DNA from: Octopus sinensis
Lineage: Eukaryota
DNA length: 64,000 nucleotides
Direction of reading: 5' to 3'
Assembly (NCBI RefSeq): GCF_006345805.1
Contig: NC_043010.1
Location: forward strand, 26,722,001-26,786,000
The position numbers and the translations under genes are program-made. Each line of letters begins with the position of its first letter. The stretch's first letter is position 1. The notes under the pieces were generated by a model. It had not been told where the DNA came from, searched no databases, and worked only from the letters and a program-made list of their open reading frames with translations. Below are positions 50,225 to 62,853 of the stretch, one piece after another.

Positions 50225-52000
50225 TCTCATTTACATGGATGATTTAAAGCTCTTTGCAAAAAATGACCAACAACTCAAGGGCTTACTAGCGATTGTCAAA
50301 CAATTCAGTGATGACATCAGAATGCAATTTGGCCTCGATAAATGCGCAAAAGCTACCTTTATCAAAGGAAAAATGACAGAAACATCTAACGTTAACCTTG
50401 ACCAGCAGAATGTCATAAAAGAATTAGACCCAGCAGAGAACTACAAGTATCTAGGGGTAATTGAAGGAGAAGGAATAAGGCATTCAGTGATGAAGGAAAG
50501 GATCAGGAGAGAATGCTATCGCAGAGTAAGAGCAATACTCAAGACAGAGCTGAATGCGAGAAACAGGATCGAAGCAATCAATGCATTAGCCATACCAGTC
50601 GTGACTTACAGTTTCAGTATCGTTAACTGGTCAATTACTGAAATATGTAATCTTGACAGAAAAATACGAAAACTGTTGACAATGCATAGAATGCACCACC
50701 CTAAGGCAGATACAGAACGACTTTATCTGCCAAGAAAAGAGGGAGGCCGTGGACTTTTACAACTGGCAATAACAATGAAGATTGCTACAATTGGCCTAGA
50801 CACCTACCTGAAAAACTCTGAGGACTGGATGTTAAAACTTGTCTCAAAACATGAAAACAAGAAAGCATCATACTCAGTAACAAAACAGGCAAAGGAATAT
50901 CTAAGTGAATTCCGAATACAACAAATTTCGGAATTAGAGATAGACATACAAGAAACAGGCACAGAAAAAGCTAAGCGCATGAAAACCCGTGCTAAATCTG
51001 CGGCCTTAGATATTCTGAATGATAAATGGAAAGGAAAACCTCTCTATGGCAAATACCCAAAGAGAGCAAATAATGCAGATGTTGACAAAGCCCTGACCCA
51101 TCAATGACTAATGGCCTCTGGCTTAAAATCTGAAACAGAGGGGTTTATCATAGCAGCTCAAGATCAATGCCTACCAACAAGAAACTACCAGGCCAACATA
51201 TTAAAGATCAGAAGCAGTCCAACGTGTCGTGTATGCAAGCAACAAAATAAAACCATTGACCATGTGGTCTCCAAGTGCAGTCTTCTAGCGCCTACAGAGT
51301 ATCTCAACAGGCACGATAGAGCTGCACAATATATTCACTGGGTAATCTGTAAAAACCTGGATTTGCCCCATGAAAAAAACTGGTGGGAACACAAACCACC
51401 CCCAGTGCTTGAAAATGACCACATCTCACTCCTCTGGAACTTCGCCATTCAAACTGACAGAAAGATAGATGCAAATAGGCCAGACATCATATTGAAAGAC
51501 TTCAAACAAAGAACATGCCTCCTCATTGATATGACTGTCCCAATCGATATAAACGTATCTGTCAAGACCTACCAAAAACTGAGCAAATATAAAGATCTTG
51601 AAATAGAAATCAGCAAAATGTGGAAGCTGAAGACTAAAACAATACCTGTTGTCATAGGTGCCCTGGGAATGATAGCAAAAGGGGCAGATAGCTACCTAAC
51701 TCAGATACCAGGAAACCCAAAAATGGCAGAAATTCAAAAGATAGTGCTCATGGGAACTGCTCATATCCTACGCAAAATACTTTCTATGTAATCTCAAGGT
51801 TTAAAACAAACATAATTTTCGGTTTAAAAAAAAAAAAAAATTTTTTTTTTAGACATTCATTAGAACAACACCCCCACCCCCCAAATATATGGCACACTAG
51901 GCATAACAACAACATGAACTTCCAACCCTGTTGTCTCTTGAGGTCTCTGGGTGAGACTTGGAGCCAACTTGTACAAATATAAAGCAAAAGTCAAACATTG
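50224..52000 (+). mobile_element. Dong/R4 copy 2, 5'-truncated, young
   Basis: ORF 50235-51791 is intact except one TGG-to-TGA change at 51105-07; flanked by (TAA)n. Confidence 0.93.
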
Positions 52001-52050
52001 AATAATAATAATAATAATAAATAATAATAAATAATAATAATATAATAATA

Positions 52051-52099
<49 letters not shown>

Positions 52100-52188
52100 T
52101 AATAATAATAATAATAATAATGATAAATAATAATAATAATAATCATAATAATAATAATAATAATAATAATAATATAATAATAATAATA

Positions 52189-52314
<126 letters not shown>

Positions 52315-52322
52315 TAATAATA

Positions 52323-53096
52323 GTCGTGTATGCAAGCAACAAAATGAAACCATTGACCATGTGGTCTCCAAGTGCAGTCTTCTAGCGCCTACAGTGTATT
52401 TCAACAGGCACGATAGAGCTGCACAATATATTCACTGGGTAATCTGTAAAAACCTGGATTTGCCCCATGAAAAAAACTGGTGGGAACACAAACCACCCCC
52501 AGTGCTTGAAAATTACCACATCTCACTCCTCTGGAACTTCACCATTCAAACTGACGGGAAGATAGATGCAAATAGGCCAGACATCATATTGAAAGACTTC
52601 AAACAAAGAACATGCCTCCTCATTGATATGACTGTCCCAATCGATATAAACGTATCTGTCAAGACCTACCAAAAACTGAGCAATATAAAGATCTTGAAAT
52701 AGAAATCAGCAAAATGTGGAAGCTGAAGACTAAAACAATACCTGTTGTCATAGGTGCCCTGGGAATGATAGCAAAAGGGGCAGATAGCTACCTAACTCAG
52801 ATACCAGGAAACCCAAAAATGGCAGAAATTCAAAAGATAGTGCTCATGGGAACTGCTCATATCCTACGCAAAATACTTTCTATGTAATCTCAAGGTTTAA
52901 AACAAACATAATTTTCGGTTTAAAAAAAAAAAAAAATTTTTTTTTTAGACATTCATTAGAACAACACCCCCACCCCCCAAATATATGGCACACTAGGCAT
53001 AACAACAACATGAACTTCCAACCCTGTTGTCTCTTGAGGTCTCTGGGTGAGACTTGGAGCCAACTTGTACAAATATAAAGCAAAAGTCAAACATTG
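52323..53096 (+). mobile_element. Dong/R4 copy 3, 5'-truncated chimera of copies 4 and 2
   Basis: Same 5' breakpoint and 5' variants as copy 4; 3' variants as copy 2. Confidence 0.9.
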
Positions 53097-53180
53097 AATA
53101 ATAATAATAATAATAATAAATAATAATAATATAATAATAATGATAAATAATATAATAATAATAATATAATAATAATAATA

Positions 53181-53228
<48 letters not shown>

Positions 53229-53263
53229 TAATAATAATAATCATAATAATAATAATAATGATA

Positions 53264-53297
<34 letters not shown>

Positions 53298-53348
53298 TAA
53301 TATAATAATAATAATAATAATAATAATATAATAATAATAATAATAATA

Positions 53349-53424
<76 letters not shown>

Positions 53425-54202
53425 GTCGTGTATGCAAGCAACAAAATGAAACCATTGACCATGTGGTCTCCAAGTGCAGTCTTCTAGCGCCTACAGTGTA
53501 TTTCAACAGGCACGATAGAGCTGCACAATATATTCACTGGGTAATCTGTAAAAACCTGGATTTGCCCCATGAAAAAAACTGGTGGGAACACAAACCACCC
53601 CCAGTGCTTGAAAATTACCACATCTCACTCCTCTGGAACTTCACCATTCAAACTGACGGGAAGATAGATGCAAATAGGCCAGACATCATATTGAAAGACT
53701 TCAAACAAAGAACATGCCTCCTCATTGATATGACTGTCCCAATCGATATAAACGTATCTGTCAAGACCTACCAAAAACTGAGCAAATATAAAGATCTTGA
53801 AATAGAAATCAGCAAAATGTGGAAGCTGAAGACTAAAACAATACCTGTTGTCATAGGTGCCCTGGGAATGATAGCAAAAGGGGCTGATAGCTACCTAACT
53901 CAGATACCAGGAAACCCAAAAATGGCAGAAGTTCAAAAGATAGTGCTCATGGAAACTGCTCATATCCTATGCAAAGTGCTCTCTATGTAGTCTCGGGGTT
54001 TAAAACAAACATAATTTTCGGTTTAAAAAAAAAAAAAAAAAACTTTTTTTTTAGACATTCATTAGTACAACATCCCCACCCCCCAAATATATGGCACACT
54101 AGGCATAACAACAACATGAACTTCCAACCCTGTTGTCTCTTGAGGTCTCTGGGTGAGACTTGGAGCCAACTTGTACAAATATAAAGCAAAAGTCAAACAT
54201 AG
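53425..54202 (+). mobile_element. Dong/R4 copy 4, 5'-truncated
   Basis: RLE domain ORF 53463-53990 and 3' UTR; flanked by (TAA)n. Confidence 0.92.
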
Positions 54203-54301
54203 AATAATAATAATAATAAAATAATAATAATTATAATAATAATAATAATAATAATGATAAATAATAATAATAATAATATAATAATAATATAATAATAATA
54301 A

Positions 54302-54341
<40 letters not shown>

Positions 54342-54343
54342 TA

Positions 54344-54404
<61 letters not shown>

Positions 54405-54406
<2 letters not shown>

Positions 54407-54545
54407 AAAATACCTTAGGAATGAGAACCCAGGTTCGAAATTTCCCCAAGACACCTGAAGAAGGCTGGAGGGTACATCAGCCGAAACGTGTTAACAACAA
54501 ACAAGATGAGGGCAAATATCTGCTAAATGTAAATAATGTAAATAA
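54405..54545 (+). mobile_element. SINE-E tail with hammerhead-like core
   Basis: gaaaaataccttaggaatgagaacccagg...gacac-ctgaaga-a-ggctg...cagcc-gaaac-gtgtt. Confidence 0.8.
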
Positions 54546-55149
54546 TGTTGGATGCTCCTATTAAGCTGTCCATTCCATGCCAGCATGGAAAACAGAGTTA
54601 AATGATGATGATGATGAGGAGGAGGAGGAGGATGTAACAAAGAAAAAAATTTAAAAGCCATCCCAAATTCACCATTAGCTATATAAAAACACCGTTAAAT
54701 AACTTCATTACTTCATTAGATAGTAGCAGAATGCAGTAGGAAAACGTATGGCCAGTTTTTCAGTCACACAAAATCATGGTATGGGTGGTTGTCCATTGAA
54801 CCAACATATTTGTAAATACTGTTCTGCAATGTGCTATTAATAAGAATATTCTGATGAGGATTACATGACTTCGCCTCACAGATCTATACAGATTTGTGCT
54901 ATTCCATGCACCTTCTATAAATTAAGTCTTTATTACATGATAGACATGGTTATGGCACAAATCATGGCTTCACCTGGAACAGATGTCAAGCTAAGACTAC
55001 TATATCACACTTTATGTTTATCCATATTCCATGTAAATATACTCATTATGGCTAAGTGTGTTTGTCTACCTTTTTTTTTTGCTGTTTTCTATGTTTTAGA
55101 AAAATGCCATCATAAAAAATGAGAGAAATTTCATTGTTCTAAGAATGGC

Positions 55150-56390
55150 AGGATGCAATGGTGATCCTGCTCAATTGTTCAAGAATACCTAATTCTGTAA
55201 CCCAGAATGGCCTGGGCAGCTGGTAGTACACCAGGGTAGTAGACAATCTATCCTGGGATGTATGAACCATGGCATTCATTGAGGAAACTGAGTTGGGTGG
55301 TGATGGTGGTAGTGGTATGTGTGGTGGTTGCAGGAGGGGGGGTAATGAATGCAATGGGGAGATGGAGGTGGCTGAAGGTTGTGGTGTGAGAGGTGTAATG
55401 GAAGGATTGAAAGATGGCGGAGAATGAGATACTCAACCAATCTCAGTTGTAGATTAGTTTATATTAATGCCAGAAGGAGTTTTGAATTATCCTGTATACA
55501 CAACACATCATCATCATCATCATTTCCCATCCATTTTCCATGCTCGTATGGCTCGGATGGTTTGGCAGGATCCACCCAGCCACAGGGCTGCACCAGACCC
55601 CAATGTCAACTTAGGTATGTCCTTCCTAATACCAACTACTTTATGGTCTGTACCAGGTACTTATTTTGTAGGGAGTGGCGGGGGGGGGGGAAACCGGCAT
55701 TTTTGAGGTCACCAAGTAAGTTGCAAAACACAAAAAAGACCAGAAAAGGGAAAGACACCCATGACTTAGTGGCACACGGGGAAGAGTATTTGGGAAGGGG
55801 TTGGTGGTGGTATTATGCCTGGTGTTGAGAAGCTAAAGTATGATAGAGGGACAAGCACAGGTGTCTTGCTATAGAAGATGTATGTGGCTATTCCACGTCA
55901 TATGTAAGCATTCCCTCAGAAAGAAGAGGAGCAAAACCTGCTTGGAGAAGGTGGACCTCATTCTCTTCCTATATTGTACAAGGGTGGGAGTAGCTGGAAG
56001 AAAAGATTGGATGGTTGTGATGAGATGCCAGAGCAAACTCTCAAGGTACAAGAAGATGAGGTAAGAGATACGATCAATGGATTCTGGATTCGGTGGGGAG
56101 TTGGTGTAGTTTTTTAAGAATGTGAGGGAGAATAATGAATGATTAGAGATGGGGTAGAGGTGAATGTATTGAGGGGGAAAGGGTAGGGATACATTTGGTG
56201 GGAAATATCAGTATGGAGAGGGGGGACGTTGAGAGAGATAGCAATGGCTCAAGAAGAGGGAAAGATCATAAAATAGGCTGACGGTGGTGATGGGAGGGGG
56301 ATGTGCAAACTGAAAGAGTGATGGAAAGGAAGATGTCAGAGATACATATGGGTGTCTTGAACAATATACACAACTATTGAGAAGCCTTTT
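55150..56390 (-). mobile_element. Very old LINE-like relic
   Basis: Strong strand asymmetry (C-rich minus strand) and one residual SP...IDRISYLIFLYL stretch resembling the pre-RT SPGPD.ISY motif. No RT core recovered. Confidence 0.3.
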
Positions 56391-56402
56391 TAGCATTTAA
56401 GT

Positions 56403-56995
56403 CAGCGGTTCTCGGCTAGAGTCCATTTAATCCTTGAGGGTCCACATAAGATTTTGTCAATGGCACAGGAGTGACTGTGTGGTACGTAGCTTGCTTACCA
56501 ACCACATGGTTCTGGGTTCAGTCCCATTGCATGACACCTTGGGCAAGTGTCTTCTACTATAGCCTCGAGCCGAACAAAGCCTTATGAGTGGATTTGGTAG
56601 ATGGAAACTGAAAGAAGCCTGTCGTATATATGTATATGTATATATATGTGTGTGTCTGTGTTTGTCCCCCCAACATCGCTTGACAACCAATACTGGTGTG
56701 TTTATGTCCCTGTAACTTAGCAGTTCGGCAAAAGAGACCAATAGAATAAGTTCTAGGCTTCCAAAGAATAAGTTCTGGGGTTGATTTGCTTGACTAAAGG
56801 CGGTGCTCCAGCTTGCCCGCAGTCAAATGACTGAAACAAGTAAAAGAGTAATGTTTTTTTTCTTACAATTCCTAACAATACTTAATTACAAAAATATAAT
56901 AGGAGTTTTAAAACATTGAATGGCCATGAGGGTCCACCTGAGTTGAATAGGAATGAAAGGGGCCTACAGGTAAAAAAAAGGGTCGAGGATCACAG
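56403..56995 (+). mobile_element. hAT-type MITE with 8-bp target duplication and a nested SINE-A
   Basis: Ends cagcggttctcgg / ggtcgaggatcacag; flanks atttaagt (56395-402) and atttaaat (56996-57003), 7 of 8 identical. Confidence 0.72.
56462..56850 (+). mobile_element. Full-length SINE-A
   Basis: Complete head, core, (TA)/(TG) spacer and tail ending gtaaaagagtaa. Confidence 0.88.
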
Positions 56996-57534
56996 ATTTA
57001 AATTATATATAAATGCAACTAGGTAAAAACGTTCTATACAATCCTCTCAATCAAAATTACTCTCTTTCCAAATAAATTCATTTAAATATCCACTGACTAT
57101 TGATGTAGTTTGCCAGCTTAAATAGGATTTAGTTTTCTTGCAAATTACCAATCTTTCTTTCAATGAAGAATTTGAATATATCTTTAAATAACTGTGGAAT
57201 AGCAATTACCAATTTATTAAAACAGATCTGATTATGCCTAAGATGTGGCTAATATATTGAATATATTACTTAACGTAAATATATAAAGCTTCTTTAGTTA
57301 TTTTCTATGATAAATTTGATAAATGATAGTTGATTACTAATAGCAATCGTTGATTAAGATAAATAGCCTGAATTGTTGATATACTATAGCCATGGTAATG
57401 AATACATGCTTCTTGTAATTTTACTAACGAGTTAACATAAATGTTTTTGCTGATTAAAATAATTTTGAGTGCCGTAATTTTATGCATTAAAAGCACTCAG
57501 AATGTCTCTTTTACTGTAGCCCGAAGCTAACTAT

Positions 57535-57870
57535 GCAAACTGATGATGACGATGATGATGATGATGATGATGACGACAACAGTGGTGGTTGTGGTGGTGA
57601 TGGTAGTGATATGATGATGGTGGTGGTGGTGATGATATTGTTGATGGTGATGATGATGGTGGTGATGGTGATGGTGGTGGTGATGATGGTAGTGGTATGG
57701 TGATGGTACTGGTTCTGTTGATGATGGTAGTGGTATGGTGATGGTACTGGTTCTGTTGATGATGCTGGGAAGGCACGGTGGTGGTGGCGGAGGTGGCAGT
57801 GGTGGTGATGATGATGGTGATGGAGATGGTGATGATGGTGATGGTTGTGGTGATGATGATGTCATAGCAT
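57535..57870. repeat. (GAT)/(GGT) low-complexity tract
   Basis: Directly visible. Confidence 0.9.
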
Positions 57871-58334
57871 TCATCATGCTAGTGTTTTATCCCCACTTAA
57901 ATAAGGATGTTCTGTTAGAACAAAATATACTGCAGTAGTTACCATGAGAGAAATTCTCATCTTGGCTTTGATATGCAAAATGCACTCTTGTTTATATTGC
58001 TAGTGGGGAGATTAATCCCTGCTACCTCCAGGGCTGATACCACCAGACTACATATTTTCGACCTTTTTTGGTTTTGTCAGTGATGGACACTCGACCACTA
58101 GAGGTAGCAGTGATTTATCTTCCCACCAGCGATATATAGAATAACAGTGCCAGAACAGGTACTGGTGTTGTGATTAATTTTTTAGTATTATTGTAGTAGC
58201 AACAAAAATAATGGAAGCAGCAGCAGTAGTAGTAGTAGTTGTTGTTTTTGTTGTTGATGTTATTGTTTAATCTTAGCTTGATACTGATGAAGCGCACCTG
58301 TGCACTACCCAAGGCATTATTTAAATCATGGATA

Positions 58335-58965
58335 GGGCAAAGAGCTGGCAGAATCGTTGGCTTGTTGGGCAAAATGCTTTGCAGTAGTTCATTTGTCTTT
58401 ATCTGTCTTTATGTTCTGAGTTCAAATTCTGCCAAGGTTGACTTTGCCTTTCATCCTTTCAAAGTCAATAAAATAAGAAACAGTTGAGTGCTGGGTCAAT
58501 GTAATCGACTTAACCCCTCCTCCAAAATTTCTGGCTTTTTACCAAAATTTGAAACTTATTTCAGTCATTGGAATTCATCCATTTTTGAAGCATTTGGAAA
58601 TTCCAACAGAAAGGTGTGACTCAAAAGAGATTTGACTGCTGGAGAACCACTACTCAAATAGCCACAAACAGGGTAGAAGACCCATTCATTGGCTGAACAG
58701 AGCATGGATGCCAGTTGTTTAACCAAAGATAACTGCTGATTAATGAGACCAATAACCCAAAACTCTCCAACAACCAAAATCCTGGCAGTTCTTCAATTAT
58801 TGTCAGACGTGCATGTGTGGTAACAAGCTTGCTTCCCAATGACATGGTTCTGGGATCAGTCCCATTGTATGACACCTTGGGCAAGTGTCTTCTACTATAG
58901 CCTTGGGCTGACCAAAGCCTTGTGAGTGGATTTCATAGGCAGAAACTGAAAGAAGCCCATTGTGT
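58335..58965 (+). mobile_element. SINE-B (58335-58555) and SINE-A head (58808-58965)
   Basis: Family-diagnostic motifs as above. Confidence 0.75.
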
Positions 58966-59034
58966 GTGTGTGTATGTATGTATGTGTGTGTGTATATATA
59001 TATATATAAATATATAGTTGGAATTTACAATATA

Positions 59035-60672
59035 TCATCATCATCATCATCATCATCATCATTTAGCGTCCGTTTTCCATGCTAGCATGGGTTGGACGGT
59101 TCAACTGGGGTCTGGGGAGCCCGAAGGCTGCACCAGGCCAGTCAGATCTGGCAGTGTTTCTACAGCTGGATGCCCTTCCTAACGCCAACCACTCCGAGAG
59201 TGTAGTGGGTGATTTTATGTGCCACCGACACAGGTGCCAGACGAGGCTGGCGAACGGCCACGCTCGGATGGTGTTTATGTGCCACCGACCGACACGGTGC
59301 CAGACGAGGCTGGCAGACGGCCACGCTCGGATGGTGTTTTTATGTGCCACCGACACAGGTGCCAGATGAGGCTGGCAGGTGCCAGACGAGGCTGGCAGAC
59401 GGCCACGCTCGGATGGTGTTTTATTGCCAGTGCCACCGACACAGGTGCCAGATGAGGCTGGCAGTGCCAGACGAGGCTGGCAGACGGCCACGCTCGGATG
59501 GTGTTTTTATGTGCCACCGACACAGGTGCCAGATGAGGCTGGCGGACGGCCACGATCGGATGGTGTTTGTTACGTCCCCCCAACACGGAGGCCAGTCTAT
59601 GCGGTACTGGCTACGGCCACGTTCGGATGATTTTCTTGTGTGCCACCGGCACTGGTACCACAAAGATACAAATTCCATTTATGTTCATCTATTTTGATTT
59701 GTTTTGATTTGATTTGATTTTTTTTGATTTTCACTTGCCTCAACAGGTCTTCACAAGTGTCACAAGAAGGAAGGTATGCACAGGTGGACTGTCTACGTCG
59801 CCGGGTCTTCGGATGGTGTCTTTATGTGCCACCGACACAGGTGCCAGATGTGGCTGGCGAACGGCCACGATCGGATGGTTTTCTTGTGTGCCACCGGTAC
59901 TGGAACCACAAAGATACAAATTCCATTGATGTTCATCTATTTTGATTTGGTTTGATTTTCACTTGCCTCAACAGGTCTTCACAAGTGTCACGCGTGTCAC
60001 ACACACTTGCCTCAACAGGTCTCCACAAGTGTCACACACTTGCCTCTGCCTCAACAGGTCTTCACAAGTGTCACACACTTGCCTCTGCCTCAACAGGTCT
60101 TCACAAGTGTCATAAGAGGGAAGGTATGCACAGGTGGACTGACTACGTCGCCGGGTCTTTGGATGGTGTTTTTATGTGCCACCGACACAGGTGCCAGGTG
60201 AGGCTGGCGAACGGCCACGATCAGATGGTGTTTGTTGTGCCCACAGCACGGAGGCCAGTCGATGCGGTACCAGCTACGGCCACGTTCGGATGGTTTTCTT
60301 GTGTGCCACCGGTACTGGAACCACAAAGATACAATTCCATTGATATTCATCTATTTTGATTTGATTTGGTTTGATTTTCACTTGCCTCAACAGGTCTTCA
60401 CAAGGGTCACACACTTGCCTCAACAGGTCTCCACAAGTGTCACACACTTGCCTCTGCCTCAACAGGTCTTCACAAGTGTCACACACTTGCCTCAACAGGT
60501 CTTCACAAGTGTCATAAGAGGGAAGGTATGCACAGGTGGACTGACTACGTCGCCGGGTCTTCGGATGGTGTCTTTATGTGCCACCGGCACAGGTGCCAGA
60601 TGAGGCTGGCGAACGGCCACGATCGGATGGTGTTTGTTGTGCCCACAGCACGGAGGCCAGTCGATGCGGTAC
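59035..60672 (-). repeat. Tandemly amplified RTE 3' UTR with nested sub-repeats
   Basis: Terminal (CAT)n at 59035; repeated modules gtgccaccgacacaggtgccagatgaggctggc, cacttgcctcaacaggtcttcacaagtgtca and (gattt)n; homologous to rc of 40000-40383. Confidence 0.88.
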
Positions 60673-60707
<35 letters not shown>

Positions 60708-60719
60708 GCAATTTACAAA

Positions 60720-60860
60720 AAAACAAAATGAAAGATAAAGACAGGTGTGTAATCAGCAAACCGGGGTATTAGTTTGACACCCGGGAAGGTGAGAAAGTCT
60801 TTTATGTTTTGAGCCTACGCTCTTCAACAGAAAGGAACACAGAAATAAACAGAGATATAT
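60720..60860 (-). mobile_element. Short Penelope-like terminal fragment with a decayed hammerhead
   Basis: rc cttt-ctgttga-a-gagc-gtag-gctc-aaaac-ata-aaag; flanked by (TA)n. Confidence 0.4.
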
Positions 60861-60864
60861 ATAT

Positions 60865-61080
60865 AAGTCTTTCTACTATAGGCACAAGGCCTGAAATTTT
60901 GAGGGAGGGGGCCAGTTGATTCGATTGACCCCAGTACGCAACTGGTACTTAATTTATTGACCCTGAAAGAATGAAAGGCAAAGTTGATCTTGGTGGAACT
61001 TGAACTCAGAATGTAGCGATGGGTGAAATACCACTAAGCGTTTCAACCAGCATGCTAATGTTTCTGCCAGTTCACTGCTT
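60865..61080 (-). mobile_element. SINE-B copy
   Basis: gaatgaaaggcaaagttgatc...gaacttgaactcagaatg. Confidence 0.8.
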
Positions 61081-61099
61081 TTATGTGTGTGTGTGTATA

Positions 61100-61657
61100 T
61101 GAGGGTGAGTCATAAAGTAATGCCATTTTGTTTTGGACAGGTATAATTACCAACACAGGGACATGTATCATACATCAAAATGAAGCTGGTCCTCTGTGGA
61201 TCACATCCCTATGTCTCAACATAGTCACCGTTTCTTTCAATAGCAATGTTCCACCATCGAATGAGAGCATGTATCCTTGCCCTGTAAAATTCTGTTGAAT
61301 GTTCTTTGAGCCACTTCTTCAGTACAGTTTTCACCTCCTCATCACTGGAATAATGTTTGCCTCTCAAACCTTCTTTCATGGGACCGAAGAGATGATAGTC
61401 TGAAGGCACTAAATCTGGTGAGTATGAAGGAGGTAATGAAAAAGTGGTTCAAAGAACAGTCAATAGAATTTTATGGGGCAGGGATACATGCTCTCATTTG
61501 AAGGTGGAACATTGCTATTGAGAGAAACGTGACCATAGTGAGGAGTAGGGATGTAATCCAAAGAGGACCAGCTTTGTTTTGATGTATGATACATGATTCT
61601 GTGTTGGTAATTATACCTGTCCTAAACAAAATGGTATTACTTTTTGACTCACCCTCA
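61100..61657. mobile_element. Palindromic mariner derivative (two inverted transposase 3' ends), TA-flanked
   Basis: TA-tgagggtgagtca ... tgactcaccctca-TA. Minus strand encodes YSPDLVPSDYHLFGPMKEGLRG (mariner YSPDL motif); plus strand encodes the same C-terminus (KKWFKEQSIEFY...WNIAIERN). Confidence 0.9.
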
Positions 61658-61669
61658 TATACATATATG

Positions 61670-61750
61670 AAAGAGGGTTTGAGAGGCAAACATTATTCCT
61701 GTGATGAGGAAGTGAGAACTGTTGTGAAGAAGTTGCTCACAGAACAGTCA
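61670..61750 (+). mobile_element. Extra mariner transposase fragment
   Basis: KEGLRGKHYSCDEEVRTVVKKLLTEQST. Confidence 0.75.
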
Positions 61751-62199
61751 ACAGTCAAAACGGCATTGCATCAGCATGGCTGCAGCTCTGAGCTGAAAGT
61801 ACAGAAAGAAAATATATATATATAGGAAGTGGGGTGCAGATATAATCAGTTTAAATGCTAAAGGGCTCAACCAGTAGGGTTGAATTAAAGGAAAATTCAG
61901 CTGCTATATCTAGCAAAAACATACAGGCTGTCTTTTTGGCTTCTCTTGTTAGCTGCTGTTGTTATTGTTTGTGTTGTAACATTACGTGTTACTGATTGGC
62001 AGCTGTGACTTTCTTCCTGTCTTGGAGTGAAAATAAAGAGTGGCCTTCTTTAAAGGTAACTTCATTGGAGGACAATGTGCTTATCCTTGTGTTGATGTAA
62101 ACAGATATTTAATCCAGTACACTTGCTGTATGGTGTGTGTGTCTGTGTGTGTGCACACGCATGTGTATATATGCATATGCATATTTATATGTGTGTGTG

Positions 62200-62259
<60 letters not shown>

Positions 62260-62785
62260 GCATACATACATATAGACAAATAGATAAATAGACAGACAGA
62301 CTGATAGAGAGATATGGTTGTCTGTAAAAGAGATGAGGAATTAGTAAATATATATTAATATGCAAGTAATGTGTGTATATTTATGCATTTGGGTACATAC
62401 ATACATACATACGTATAGATACAAACACACAGACACACACAGGCACATATATACACAAACATACGTACAAATACATTCATGTGTGTATAATTATGCATAC
62501 GTGAATATGTGCCTGTCTATATGTATAAGCTTATGTCAAGGTCTATAAAATGACACACAGACACATATAGAGTTCATATCTAATGTTGTTTTGTAAACAT
62601 AAATAAATAATTAACTCGCACACACACTCACACATACATACACACGCATACACTCACACACATACATACACACTCGTGTTTGGATGTACAGATATGTATG
62701 ATTTTCTATAAGTACATTTCAAGGCCTACATATTGAGGTATGCACACATACACAAACACATACTTCACACCCTCACACATAGACA

Positions 62786-62849
<64 letters not shown>

Positions 62850-62853
<4 letters not shown>

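Noticed and set aside
50224-50250. Dong copy 2 truncation falls just before the RT YMDD motif
   Set aside because: A single event with at microhomology to the (TAA)n; coincidence is sufficient.
55099-55195. Strong acceptor (polypyrimidine-tag at 55098) followed by a 30-codon frame
   Set aside because: Unrecognisable peptide and no linked upstream exon; insufficient to call a gene.
59218-59570. CRISPR-like regularly spaced repeats
   Set aside because: The spacers are themselves repeated, the context is eukaryotic, there are no cas genes, and the units derive from a LINE UTR.
59063-60603. Repetitive ORFs with CHRHRCQ or VPPTQVPDE motifs
   Set aside because: Translations of the tandem RTE 3' UTR modules.
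61952-62056. Acceptor/donor pair (ttgttag ... aag/gtaact)
   Set aside because: All three frames contain stops; it could be a non-coding exon but is unsupported.
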